A stretch of 64,000 bases of DNA from Octopus vulgaris (lineage: Eukaryota). A program made the translations under genes and the position numbers. The stretch spans positions 154,256,001-154,320,000 of the forward strand of contig OX597816.1 in the NCBI GenBank assembly GCA_951406725.2, given 5' to 3'. Of the stretch, positions 1 to 13,414 are shown piece after piece (position 1 is the stretch's first letter; each line of letters starts with the position of its first letter). Under the pieces are notes generated by a model, which worked only from the letters and a program-made list of their open reading frames with translations, ran no database searches and was not told the DNA's origin.

Positions 1-756
1 CGCAACCTGTTCACTGACAAAAATGCAGCATGGATTTTTGTCAGTGAACATGTTGTGGTCTTAAAGCGACAAAAATATTTTGACAAATTAAACTTAAATG
101 TTGAAGTGAAACGAACGGCTTTTGTGTGTTTCTTGAATGGCTTCCATGCTGCAATTGTTTTCGTTTCAGCACATGATCTCAGATCAAATCACTTGCTATG
201 CAAGTACATCTCTGTAATGTCTGTTATGAAATACTGATATCTTATTTGGACACAAGACCACAAAGTTATAGGGAAGTGGGGTGACATTTGATGACATTCA
301 AGTCTTTCTCAACATAACATGAAGTAGATTTGCTTCAGTTGCTAATAAAAACTGGTTGGCAGACACAATTCTATGTGATGGGTGGGGGATTACTTTTATT
401 CTACCTCACATAATCATATGTTTTTAACTTTTGTGTTTTTTCACTTTATTATGGGTTAAATAGAATTGTTTCCTTGATTCATTTTATCTCATTCTACCAT
501 TGATCAATTGTTATATCAATCTCACCTTTCTTTAAGTTAATAATTACAAAAAAAAATTTTAAATAGCTTCTACTTCAAACAAAATAATGGTATCAACATA
601 TAGTATAATGTTTTTGCACATAATGACAAAGTTATAAGATGATTAAGTACATTTTCTTCATTTCCATAATCTGTGTGAGGTTAAGAATGTCTGATAAATT
701 AAAGATGAGCAAATAAATTTATAGACAAAAAATAGCTACTGATAAGTGAGAGGAGA

Positions 757-981
757 TCATGGTAACAGATCATATCCCAGAAGGCAGTCAGCAATGGCAT
801 CACAAAGGGAAAGCAGCTTGAAAGGTTTATGTTGAGCAAGTTGAAGGGCATGTGGTATGGAGTCTGTGATCCAGAAGTTATCAAAGATATCACTGTCAAC
901 AAAATTCTTCCAAGAATCTTTAGGAAAAACAGCATGAGTTACATAAGCACTGATAGAAATAGCACCATGTTGAAGCAAAAT
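757..981 (-). CDS. PRS4: PRS class II exon 8 (terminal)
   Basis: Acceptor CAG at 984-982; [24 protein letters not shown]...FWITDSIP...GYDLLP; TGA at 759-757. Confidence 0.93.
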   Translation of the reverse strand: MLLQHGAISISAYVTHAVFPKDSWKNFVDSDIFDNFWITDSIPHALQLAQHKPFKLLSLCDAIADCLLGYDLLP

Positions 982-3900
982 CTGAAAATATATAACAAAA
1001 GAAATTGAAGAAAACAAAACCAGTAATCTTTTAGAATTATCTGAAAGCATGTGAGGTTATACTGTATAGAAAAAGAGCAACAGTTTTTACTTTCATTCTT
1101 CTATATTCTGTGTTCAAATTGTCTACATACGGTGGAATTAGACTTTACTTTTCCCCTCTCTTTGGGCCTGCTAAAAGAAGTACTTGTAATATATTACAGT
1201 CGATTAAATGGACAATGTCTCTTTCTTTTAAATTAATTGTTATTGTATCTTATGCCAGAAAAGGCAATATCGAGTACACTTAATAAAGGGCACTAAAATG
1301 GTAAACTTTCATCACTTGTTAAGGTTATCTCTACAGATATTCTATAGAAATTATAGCCAACATTAATTTTGTCATGACATTTTGTATCCAAAATGCTTGA
1401 TGTAAACAATGAGAGCGAAGATGAAAAATGGGTAATGAGTATATATCCCATATTCCGGCAGTTTTTTCTCTTTCATCAGCACCCATTAATACAGATCATT
1501 AATAAAGGTAAACTTTCAGTAAACTAAGTTTTGTTGTACAGATTCTATTCATGATTTGTCTTCATGAAGTGCAACTATCACTAATCAACTTGCCAGAGTT
1601 CATTCTTTTGTAAGTAACTGGATTGAAACATGTATTTATACACAGTGTTTGGGTAACTCTAAAACTTTAAGACTTTAAATCAGTAGTTCTCAACCATTTT
1701 TTGCCTATGGACCTCTTTGATTCCTATTTTATTTGGATGGACCCTCATAGCCATTTGATGTTTAAAAATCCTATTATACTTTTATAATTAAATATTATTA
1801 GGAACTGTATAAAAAAATTGTTAAAATATTTTGTGTATTATAAAAGTACTAGCAGCATAGCCCGGCGTTGCCCGGGTATGTAAGAGGCCCTAGTAGGCAA
1901 CGACTAATCCCAATGTAGTCCTTTCCCTCCAGGGAACGAAGGTGCATGTGGACGTTGCAATGTCTTGTCTTCACTCGAATACTTCTGTATATACGATGTT
2001 GTAGTCGGCAATGTGTATACAATGTTCCTAGCTGTCCGTTTGGGCGAAAACATGAAAACATCATTGCGCCTCCCAACGCGTGAACAGCCCACGTAGAGTT
2101 GACCGTGGGCGAAGCACTGTTCGCCCAACTTGTAACCCAGCGACTTGTAGCGTTTGGCCTTGGGATTTATTGATGGACATTGCGAAGCAGAGTTTAACAG
2201 GAAACTGAGAACGCCTGAAGTGGATTGGTAGGTCAGAGTTAAAAATGCCGAGTTGCGTCCCCTAGACAGTCTGTGGTTTGTGTTTCTGATTCTCGACCCC
2301 ATGTCGAGTTTATCAATTTTTTTCAGAACTGGGGGAACTTTTCAAAATTTTCGCTGCGTTAGTTTTGAATTATGACATTGGGCTATGTGTGTGTCAAGTT
2401 TCATCAGAATCGGTTGAAAGCCGTGGTCAGAGTGAGGGTACAACCAAACAGACACACAGAAACACACACAGACAAACTGCCGTTTATATAGAGAGAGATA
2501 TATATCATCACCATCATCATCGTTTAGCGTCCGTTCTCCATGCTAGCATGGGTTGGACGGTTTGACCGGGGATTTGGGAAGCCAGAAGGCTGCGCCAGAC
2601 CCAGTCTGATCTGGCAGTGTTTCTACAGCTGGATGCCCTTCCTAACGCCAACCACTCCGTGAGTGTAGTGGGTGCTTTTTACGTGCCAGGCGAGGCTGGC
2701 AACGGCCACGATTGGATTGGTGCATTTTATGTGCTACCGGCACAGAAGCCAGTCGAGGCAGCGCTGGCATCAGCCACGTTCGGGTGGTGCTTTTTACATG
2801 CCACCGAGCGCACGCGCGCGTGTGTGTGTGTGTATACATATATATATAAATACACACAAGCTATGTACAAAGATAAAATAAAATGAGAGTCAGCAATAAT
2901 TTTAGTGACAAATTTATGAGGGGTACTGAAAAGTTCCTGGTTTGGTATAAAAGAAAATTATAATTTTTTTCAACATATTCCCCTCTCAGATTCACACTCA
3001 TTGCAGTGGTCCTTCAGTTTTTCTGAGCTCTGTAAAAGAACTTGGAAGGTTGGGCCTCCAACCAGGCCTTATTGTGATACCCTTAAAGCCAGGAACTTTT
3101 CAGCACCCTCTCATAGTGTGAAGGTAGGAGTCCATTAATGCATTGTCCTCAGTCCATTCCTATTTATTGTAGTCCTTCAGGCCATTACTGAGAAACTTAA
3201 GACTGACTGTCCATGGGAACTCCTATATGCTGACAGTCAAATTCTCATAGCTGAATCTAAAGTGAAATCAGAGAGGAAATTCTAGGCATGGAAACTAAAT
3301 CTAGAATTGAGAGGTCTTAAGGTGAACCTAGAAAAAACAAAAATTTTAGTAAGAAGGAAAATGGCATTTTGTGATATGTAGAAAGGGAGTAGGTATAAAC
3401 TCCATATGCTGGACAAAGGTAGAAGTAGGTGATGAGATAAAGGTAAGAGTAGGTGAAGGGTGGCAATGGAGGTAGTTCAGAGGGGAGAGGGAGAGAAAGA
3501 GAGAGAGAGAGAGTGCTGGACATCAATATAACTTTCATCTACAAAATTCCATTTACAAGATATTGATCAACCTTAGATTATGGTGCTTGTGCAATAGTAT
3601 CAAACCCAGAAGCTCATCACACAACCATGCTGCCCTCTATACAAGGCTGTCATTGTTTAACCCCAGGTCAGTTCTGTGTGAGTAAATCTATGATCAAACC
3701 TATGTTCCAGCCTTTATCATTCCATTTTTCTCAGACAGTATACATCATTCAATGATCTTTTTTAAGATAGTACAATGATGTTTGCAGAAAATTTAGCTGG
3801 TATTTCTAGCAGACTGAAAGATCATATAGAGGCTCTCTTGTTGGCCCATTAAAAGGTTCGTAGTTAGTGATAGATCCATTTTCAAAAACTATTAATTACA

Positions 3901-6900
3901 CCATTCAGGCTTTGAAACAGATATATTTACAGACATTTGTTTAAAATAACGCAACTTACCCTGCCACATTCTTTCAAAGTTCCTCCAGTTAGAACCAAAT
4001 CGTCAATTATGATGACAGATTTTCCCTTTGGGTTCCCTGTAAGGGAATATAAAATATGAAGCAATAAACTGACAGAAAAAATTTTATATATGTAGCTGTG
4101 TGCATTTGTTAAAATGTGTATGTGTGTGTGTAAAAATATGTGTGTATATGTTGGCTGCTGAGACATGAGCGTGTATATGTTGGCTGCTGAGACATGAGCA
4201 GTGCCAAGAATTTGCCTGCAAGGGCAGTGAGTCACTTGCAGTAGAAAAAAGTGTTGTTAGTCTGCAAGAGCTCTAAGTTGCTTGCTGAGGCTGAAAGTGC
4301 TAGCCTACAGAAGCAATGAGAAAGCAAATAAAATCATAGAATGTGGTGCATGTATGTATGAACATTGAAACAAGTTAACATATAATATACACAATATTCA
4401 AAAATATGTACATACATAGGTAAGATCCTGCAAAAGAAAGTGACATGCAAAGAAAAGTGAAAAAAACAGACAACAGAAATGCCATACAATGCACAGGCAA
4501 GGAAAAGTTCCAGTCTCTAAAGCAGATTTCAACGTAAATGGTTTTGGACAGTTTTTTGCAGCCAAAGTACAGTTCTGCCACTGTGTGTGACATAGTGATC
4601 AAACTTTTTTTACATAAACATGAACTGTTTACTTCCTTTTACTTAACAAACTGTACACTTTAAACAGACTTTTCTTATGTTTGTTTTGCCTTCTTGGTTA
4701 CATGTTTTTGTATTTTTCACATGCATTGTTTACATGCTTTGATCTTCTTCATGTCTTGCATTGTTCTGTTTGCATACATTCTTTCATATACCTTGTTGCT
4801 ACCTGTGTCTTAGCTTACTTTTCTGTTTCTCACCTACAATTCGTTTGTTGTTATTGACTGCTCTGGTTCTGCCAGGGGGGTGCTGTAAGCGTGATGTAAA
4901 TTGAAACAGCTTCTGTCGTATTATTTACAGTTCACCAGAAGTCAGGGATCAAACCACAGTGACCTCTCTTAGCGAACATTCTAGAAACTTCCATGAATAG
5001 CAGACTTATGTCCCTTTTAGTAATACTATTGCGTCATAGAATGTTCTGGAAGGTTTTTGTTCACCAAGTCTTCACCAGTCTTTGAGGCTATATAATGGAC
5101 AGCTGCAGTTCTTTGTCCTCTATACTTCACCGAATTTTGACCTGAGCACATCTGTATTTGAGAGCAGCAAATCTTGACTACACATCGCCTAGGTGAAAGA
5201 AAATGACTTTTTGGAGCAACCATATGTGCCAAGCTTTCATGTTAGACAACATGTGTACAGATTTCTCTTACGCTACAAGCGAACCCAATTGTACTACGAA
5301 ATTCTGTTGTACATCTTTCTATTCCATATTTTCCATGCAGAATGTGACAAGACTAAATTGTATGTAACTTTTCACATTCATGTACAGCTTCACATGAAGC
5401 ATGCGTACTTGCTCTTAATTACTTTAAATTATTTGTGAAGCTTAAGAATGGCTCTTTCGTTATTCCAAACCTTGTAACTGTGTTAAAAATTAGTAACAGT
5501 GGCAGCTGCATACTATGATTAGTGGTAAAAGAAACCCACTACTAAAGTGATGGCCATCTTACTAAAAAGGAAAAGATTGTTTTAAAGTGATTGAGAACTA
5601 AGAGGTAGCTTATATTTGTATAAGGTTTAACTACTGACACTTGTATATCATCATCATCATCACCATCATCATCGTTTAACGTCCGCTTTCCTTGCTAGCA
5701 TGGGTTGGACGGTTCAACTGGGGTCTGGCAAGCTCGAGGGCTGCACCAGGCCAGTCAGATCTGGCAGTGTTTCTACAGCTGGATGCCCTTCCTAATGCCA
5801 ACCACTCCGAGAGTGTAGTGGGTGATTTTATGTGCCACCGACACAGGTGTCAGACGAGGCTGGCAGACGGCCACGCTCGGATGGTGTTTTTATGTGCCAC
5901 CGACACAGGTGCCAGACGAGGCTGGCGAATGGCCACGCTCGGATGGTGTTTGTTACGTGTCCTCAGCACGGAGGCCAGTCGATGCGGTACTGGCTACGGT
6001 CACGTTCGGATGGTTTTCTTATGTGCTACCGGCACTGGTACCACAAGGATACAAATTCCATTGATGTTCATCTATTTTGATTTGGTTTAAACATATAATT
6101 CACATAGGTAAAGACATCTGTACACATATATTATACAACATCAAACATGAATACACATACCAACTAACATACCAAGGCATATTACACACAATATAGTGAG
6201 TAAGGATATAGTTGAAAAAAGGAGACAAAGAAGATGCAACTCTTGAAGGATAGAGAAATGAGAAGAGATGGTGGAGGTCTAGGCAGTTGGGATTGGGGAA
6301 CTGGGATTTTTGAATAGCAGTGTGTGTACAAAGGAAGAGAATAACAGAAACACTTGTATATGTGTACAACAGAACAAATACAAGAATAAAGGACTGTGCC
6401 AACGATTTTAAAATAGAGAAAAAAAAAGGTTGTAGTTCATCAGAAGAGAACTAAGAGAAAATATTTATATTTATTGTCATGCCCATACAACAAGTCTTTG
6501 AAGGCCATTTTTCATTCTTTGACAAAGGTTAGCCTTGTGAATACCATTACAATTTTCCCCATTTTGCCCTATTTTCTATATTCCCTTCAGCAACCCCCTT
6601 GCTTTCATTTCCTCCTCCATCAGCTTTAGCATGTATTTCACAGTATTTTCCCACTGCTATTTTGTTCCACTTTCATTTTGTTGATTTTTGCCGCCCACTT
6701 ATTTCAATCCTTTCTCAGCAGATGACTCAGCCATCCCATCCCATTTTTCTTCACAACATTCACTGCTGCTTCTGATCTCATCATGCTCTGCAATTTATTA
6801 TTAATCAACCTTATTCAAATTTATTATTAATCAACATTTTCATTTTCATTCTTTTCAGGTTTCTTAGTTACTCCACATTTATTACTTGTGTTTCATTTCC

Positions 6901-8032
6901 ATAAGTCAGAACACACCTCACCCATTCAGTATACATTTTTCTCTCAGTTTTAGCATCATTCCTCTCTTTAGCACACTATTAAATTCCTGAAACTTCTTCA
7001 ATGTACATCTGACAGTAGTCACCATCACTCAGTCTGAGCAACCTTTTCCATTCAATGCTTCCTATTTGACAAAATACAAAGTGGAAAAGTTCCTTGACTA
7101 GTTCTGTAGTGCACCAACAGATGGCAGCACATGATTGCATGCACAGTGACCTTCACTTAAATGTAGCTGCCAAATTAGTTAACCTCACAAACCACTACAT
7201 TTTTCATAAACTCGCCCAGAACATATTGTACATTTAAGGAAGTTTACTCTAGTATCCTTTCCATACACAGCCATTTCCCTGTTCTTTCTTCTTATCTGTG
7301 TAAATTAAAGGACCTACCATCTTTAATTTGAACAATTCTTTTTGAACCATTTCGCGTCTTGTTGCAGATTATGGTGTCTGCATTGGGAAAATAACGTTGA
7401 AAGCGTTTGCAGGCACCATCATCTGGGAAAGCTACTGTGTAGTTATTAGAGCCAAACACATTCTCCAATTCAAGTTTCACCAAAGGAATGGCAGACTCCA
7501 GTCTGTGAAGAAAGAAACAAAACAAAATAGTTGAGTTTTAAATTTAGAATGAATGTATGTATATTTTGTGAATGTTTTAATGTAACTGAAAATTCCAACT
7601 TTACACACTGCTCCCAATACAGCAGATTACTTTCAAGCTGTTGAATGGATGTTTAATTTTTACCACTCTCTCTACATGTTTTGGAGATATCTGTCTTCAG
7701 ATTGACACTCAGAAATGTTCACATTGCAACTTCCGCCACAGATGCCAAGCAGTACAGCATTTTGCTTCCAATATTTCTGGTAGAGTGAATTGCATCATGG
7801 TGTTGTTTTTCTCACAGATGGTGCCCAACTGACCCTACTATACTGTGTAGTCAACAAAATCAAAAACAAACAATGCACATGAGCGAAATTAAAGATATAA
7901 AATGGTGACAATTTACCCATTGCACCCTGTATATATATATATACACACATATACAATATCATCATCATCATCATCATCATTTAACGCCTGTGTTCCAGGC
8001 TAGCATGGGTGGGACACATATACATATGTGTG

Positions 8033-8082
<50 letters not shown>

Positions 8083-8107
8083 TACATATATATACACACA
8101 CACATAC

Positions 8108-8142
<35 letters not shown>

Positions 8143-11100
8143 CACACACACACACATACATATTATATATATATATATATATATATGAAAATTTTTTTTC
8201 CTTTTTTCTGCAGCATCAATAACGCTTCTCCCACAAGGCCCATAACGCTTATATTTTACAACACCCCAAACACTTTCATATACAATGCTTCCTCACCCCC
8301 ACCCCCAATAGAGGTAACATCTTTAACAACTCTAACATGTCTGAATGACAGTAGGTTAAAAGCAAGAACAACTATTATGATGCCTGTTACCAAATGTTCA
8401 CGGGATCCTTCTTTTCAGATACTGAATAATATCTCTCCTTCCTGTGTTACCTCCCATATCTCTTTCCCAGTTTTCAGAGTTGGCACTCTAAATGTAGGCA
8501 CACTGAAAGGGCCTTAGGCTTAACTTAGCCAAAACCAAAAGTCTTAGTAAGTAAGAAGGCTGTCAATTCACAACCTACTTCAGGGCGATGGCCCTGATCT
8601 GTAGAAAAGGCATGAGTAGAAACCCCATACGATGTACCCGGTATAAGCTATGGACACAAAAAGGGGAATGGAAAAATATTACTTTCTTTGGAAACAGACA
8701 ATGGTTGGCAACAAGTAGGCTATACAGTTATAAAAAAAAAACTGTCTCTGTTAAAACAAAATGTATGTGCCTGTGTATATTCACATTGTTCTATAAATTT
8801 AGACAATAAAGGTTGTTCATATCCTTTATTTTCCAACATTGTTTTCACTTTACACCATCTTATTAGTATATCAGATCTACACCTGAATGTAGGTACTAAT
8901 AATTATTTGTTCTTTAAACAATGCTATTAATTGGAATTTTTTTTTAAATCATCAGTTTTACCTTGGAATGACCGTGTCAGTAAAGTAAAAGCGTTCCTGA
9001 AGGGCATGGATGTCAAATATTGTTATCTGTGCTGGTCCTTTTGTAGTAAATGGAATATGAGACATTAGGCTGGCCAAAGTCTGTTGTAAATAGAAAAACA
9101 ATTATAAATTCTCAGATAAGGTTTTATATTTAAAGTATAACACACATCTCTTCTGTTTTTTATTCATAAATATAGAAAATGTGAGAGATACAGGATTATT
9201 GTTTTAATAGAACAAGGTAAATATATTTCTGTCTTTCATCTTATTAAACTACTAGCTGAATTACCTGGCATTGCCCAGTTAGTGCTGTTCTTATTCAGAT
9301 TAGTAAACAATAAATATGAAGATATATATCTTTTTCTAATAATTATTTCAAAATATCTATATTTTTATTTTTAAAAATATCCAAATTGTAATGATAATAG
9401 AATTTCGAACTGAAAATCTGTCGATTTTGAAACACCACAAGGTAAACAATATTCATTGTGTAATTTTTTGTTGGTGTTCAAATGAATAAATTGTTGCTGC
9501 TTCGAACTCATGAGCAACTAACATAGAGTTGGCCCTGGGAGAAGCATGTAGTAGAGAAATGAAGTCCAACTACCTTGAGGGACTGACCCTGAGATTTGTT
9601 AATTGAAATACCAGTTTGACTGGAAACTGAAACCTCTTCAAATCAAATGGAACATCTGTGGGTATGAGAGGAAATTTTGGAATAAAGACATTTTCTTCTT
9701 TCTGATTACCTGTTATGATTGTTGCCTGTTGGATAGGGGGCTTCATGGAAGTAACAATGAAGTGAGTTCCATTACACAGGCAAAGTGGGTTAAGATTCCT
9801 AAGCAACATAATGGGGGCATCCAACTTTAGTGTCAAGTTATGCTGTGGCATCCCAATGGGTTTAAGTGTTTTCAGAAATTCAACAGGGTATTGAACAGCC
9901 TAATCTTGATTAACTGTTGTGTGAATTGATGGAAAAATCATTTCTGATGTATCTGTTAACTTTTGAAGAAGTTCATGATTGAGTTTATGAACCATTTCAT
10001 TAGCTGGAGCCAGTATAGCTCTTTGACATAGCCAGTTTACATCAGTGTAATTGACAATCACACATACACTGACACAGACATACACTAACACAGACATATA
10101 CCAAGACAGACACACACAGACATATACTTATGTAATGAATGTGCAAACACACACACACTCACTCAGACACATACATACACATAAACAAAATGTGTCATTG
10201 TCATGGTGGTGGTATAAAATGTGTTTTAGCACGTGGTGTATAATGAATGTGCAAACACACACACTGACAAACACATATACACTGATACACTGTGTCATGG
10301 TGGTGGTAGAAAATGTCCTTTACTATCACACACATAATGAACACGCAAACACACACACACTAACAGACACATACATATACAAAATGTGTCATTGTTGTCA
10401 TGGTATAAAATGTTCTTTACTATGTTGTATATAATGAATGCGCAAACACACTGACAGACACACACACACTCATATACAAAATCTGACGTCGTTGTGGTGG
10501 TATAAAATGTCCTGTACCATAGATTACTATAGAAAGATTATTTTCAAGAAAATATTATATTGTTTTAATCCAAATGAAAATAAAAATTACATGTTGATAC
10601 TCGTGGGGTGTAATAGTATTACCTTGTACAATTTGATTTGATTTGGTGGTGCCATTTGAGAATGCATAGGGAACAGACAGACAGAGAGACAAAGAATTTT
10701 ATATAGAGAGAGATTATCTCTTACTAAGCCAGCTTCTCTATGATTGCACACTTTGCTAGAAAGAGTAGTCAAAACTGTTTCAAATTACGTTCTATCACCT
10801 TAGAAAATGGGCAACGCATTGAACAATGTAGCCCAAGTAATACAAAAAGGATGGTATTGTTATACCTGGAATGCATTTAATCATTCACTCTTTAATTATT
10901 ATCATTTAAAAAAATGGTGCTTATCATAACTAAAAAAAATAAGTGTTTACCTTTGCTGTAGGTATTTCACCCTCATTCTCAACTCGTTCCATTGTTCCAG
11001 TAGGAAAATATGGCAACAGAAAATGGAATGACCTTGCACGATATCTACAAAAGAAAATACAGAGAATCTAATCATCAAGAGAGGGTTTTAATTAGTAGGG

Positions 11101-13383
11101 GAATCAGAAAAGAAATCTTGATATCTATAAAATATAAATGATGTATGATGTCTGTGTGCAAACAACTATGTTACATGGCAGTGAAACATGGGCTGTGACA
11201 GCCGAGGACATGCATAGACTTGAAAGAAATGAAGCCAGTATGCTTTGTTGGATTTCCAATGTCAGTTAGCATGTTCGAGAGTGTAAGCATCTTGAGAGAA
11301 AAGTTGGGCACAAGAAGCATCAGATGTGGTGTGCAAGAGAGACAACTGCACTGGTATAGTCATGTGATGTATATGGATGAGGACAGCTGTGTAAAGAAGT
11401 GCTGATCTCTAACTCTGCAGGGAACCTGTGGTAGAGGTAGAAACAGGAAGATAAGGGACGAGGTGCTGAAGTATGATCTTCAAACATTGGGCCTCACAGA
11501 GACAATGACTAGTGACCTAGACCTTTGGTGATATGCTGTGCTTAAGAAGACCCATCAAGCCAAGTGAAATCATAGTCACAGCTGATGCTGGTGTTACATA
11601 ACTGGCACCCATGCTAGTGGCATGTAAAAAGCACTTTTCAAATGTTGGGCCTCATGGAGGCAAAGTAGCTGAGCTCCTTTTGATTGTTGGGCCTCAATTG
11701 TCTTCTGAATTGGCACCATTGAATCATTGACTGGTTGGTGTTAAGTTCTCAATCAACCAAGTTTGTAACTTCAGAGTTGTACTTATCTAGCAAGTGACTT
11801 GATTTAAGACCACGTGTTAAATTTATTTCATGCTAGTGAGGCACTCATGCAGGGCATACATAAATGACACCCATGCTGGTGACACGCAAAAGGTACCTGT
11901 GCTGGTGACATATAAAAGACATCCACTACACTCTATGGAGTCATTGGCATTGAGAAGGGCATCCAGCCATAGAAACCAAGCTAAAATCAGATTGGATCCT
12001 GATACAGCTTTTGGGTTTACCAGCTCCAGTCAAACTGTCTAACCCATGCCGGCATGGAAAACTGATGGTGTGTGTGTGTATGCATGTGTGTGAAAAGGTT
12101 TTGTTGCCCAACTGCAACCTGGCCACTGACAGAGTTGCAGTGGAACTGTATCAGTGACTAGGCTTTAGTTGTGCGACCAAATATGCTAACCTCCTTTAAA
12201 ATTAATTTAAATTTAAGATAAATTTAACAGTGCTGTGTGTTATTAAATGGCTAGACTGGCTCTACTACACTGTAGCTGCTTATTTAAGTTTGCAACTAAG
12301 GTTCAGTTCCTGGTTGAACTATTCTGCTTTTCTTACTATTTCTCCTGGCAAATCCAGCCACAACACATGGTGATAATTCAACAACCCATTAAAGGTCACA
12401 AAAGATATTTTTATTGGTTAATTAGCAAATTATGTTGATGCCTACCTTGGAAACATATAAAGAACGGAAAGTTGTTCAAATATGATCTCAGGTGAGTGGA
12501 AACTGCCAAGGAAAATGACTGAAATAAGAAAATGATTTATGTATAAGAACTACAAAAATGATAAAGGAAATTTTGCTGAAAACAAACAAAAATAAACTTA
12601 ATATATAAAATAGCTGCCTGGAATTTTGACCGTATATTGGTTTTTCAAGGATTAAGAAAGTTTCACAGACTAAAATGACAAAGTAAGTGCTTAGCTTAAC
12701 AGCTGTTTGGCTTAAACAGCTCAGTCTATCTAGCTGTAAATAGATACTGCAATATAAGAACAACTCACTAGTGTAAGTAGCTGCAGTACTGCATGATAGG
12801 TTATTACCGTAAAAACCCATGTAACTTAGGCACATTTTTCGCAAAAATAAAAATAAACTTTAAGGAGTGCATAAATTACATAAGTAGATCGTTTATAGAA
12901 TTCCTTTGAATTTTTTTTTTTTTTTTTTTGCAAAAAGACATACAAAACGTAAACATTCATACTTGAAGTTGACTCATTTAATGTCAGAAAAGGTTTTTAC
13001 AGAAAAAAATAATGGCTTAAATACAATGAAGTTGACTTTTATTTATGCTGAACAGTATAATGCTTACTTTTTCTGCCTAAATTTACTAAAACCATTAAAT
13101 GGTTAACTACCTTTTGAAGTCTAACTGTCATGCCGGTAAACATGGTTTGGGCCATATTTTACATTGCTTGGAGTTTCTACCTATAGCAATAGAGCACCAT
13201 TGACATACATAGTGATATGGGTATTCCTGACTGAAAAAAAAGTAATGATATGGATAATTTTGATTATATGTTTTTATATACATATACATATATATACATA
13301 CATATATACACACACATATATATACATATATATACATACATATATATACATATATATACATACATATATATACATATATATAC

Positions 13384-13414
<31 letters not shown>

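Noticed and set aside
1904-2302. 132-aa ORF inside the Helitron
   Set aside because: No Rep/helicase or other recognisable motifs; explained by locally higher GC.
4141-4200. 29-bp tandem duplication GTGTATATGTTGGCTGCTGAGACATGAGC
   Set aside because: Simple slippage next to a TG tract; no further structure.
5830-6040. Regularly spaced repeats resembling a CRISPR array
   Set aside because: Whole units are homologous with no unique spacers, inside a eukaryotic retroposon tail; no cas genes.
13111-13230. Apparent extra PRS exon with strong TTTTTTTCAG acceptor in intron 2
   Set aside because: Both possible acceptors give an in-frame TAG in the required phase; exons 2 and 3 already join cleanly.
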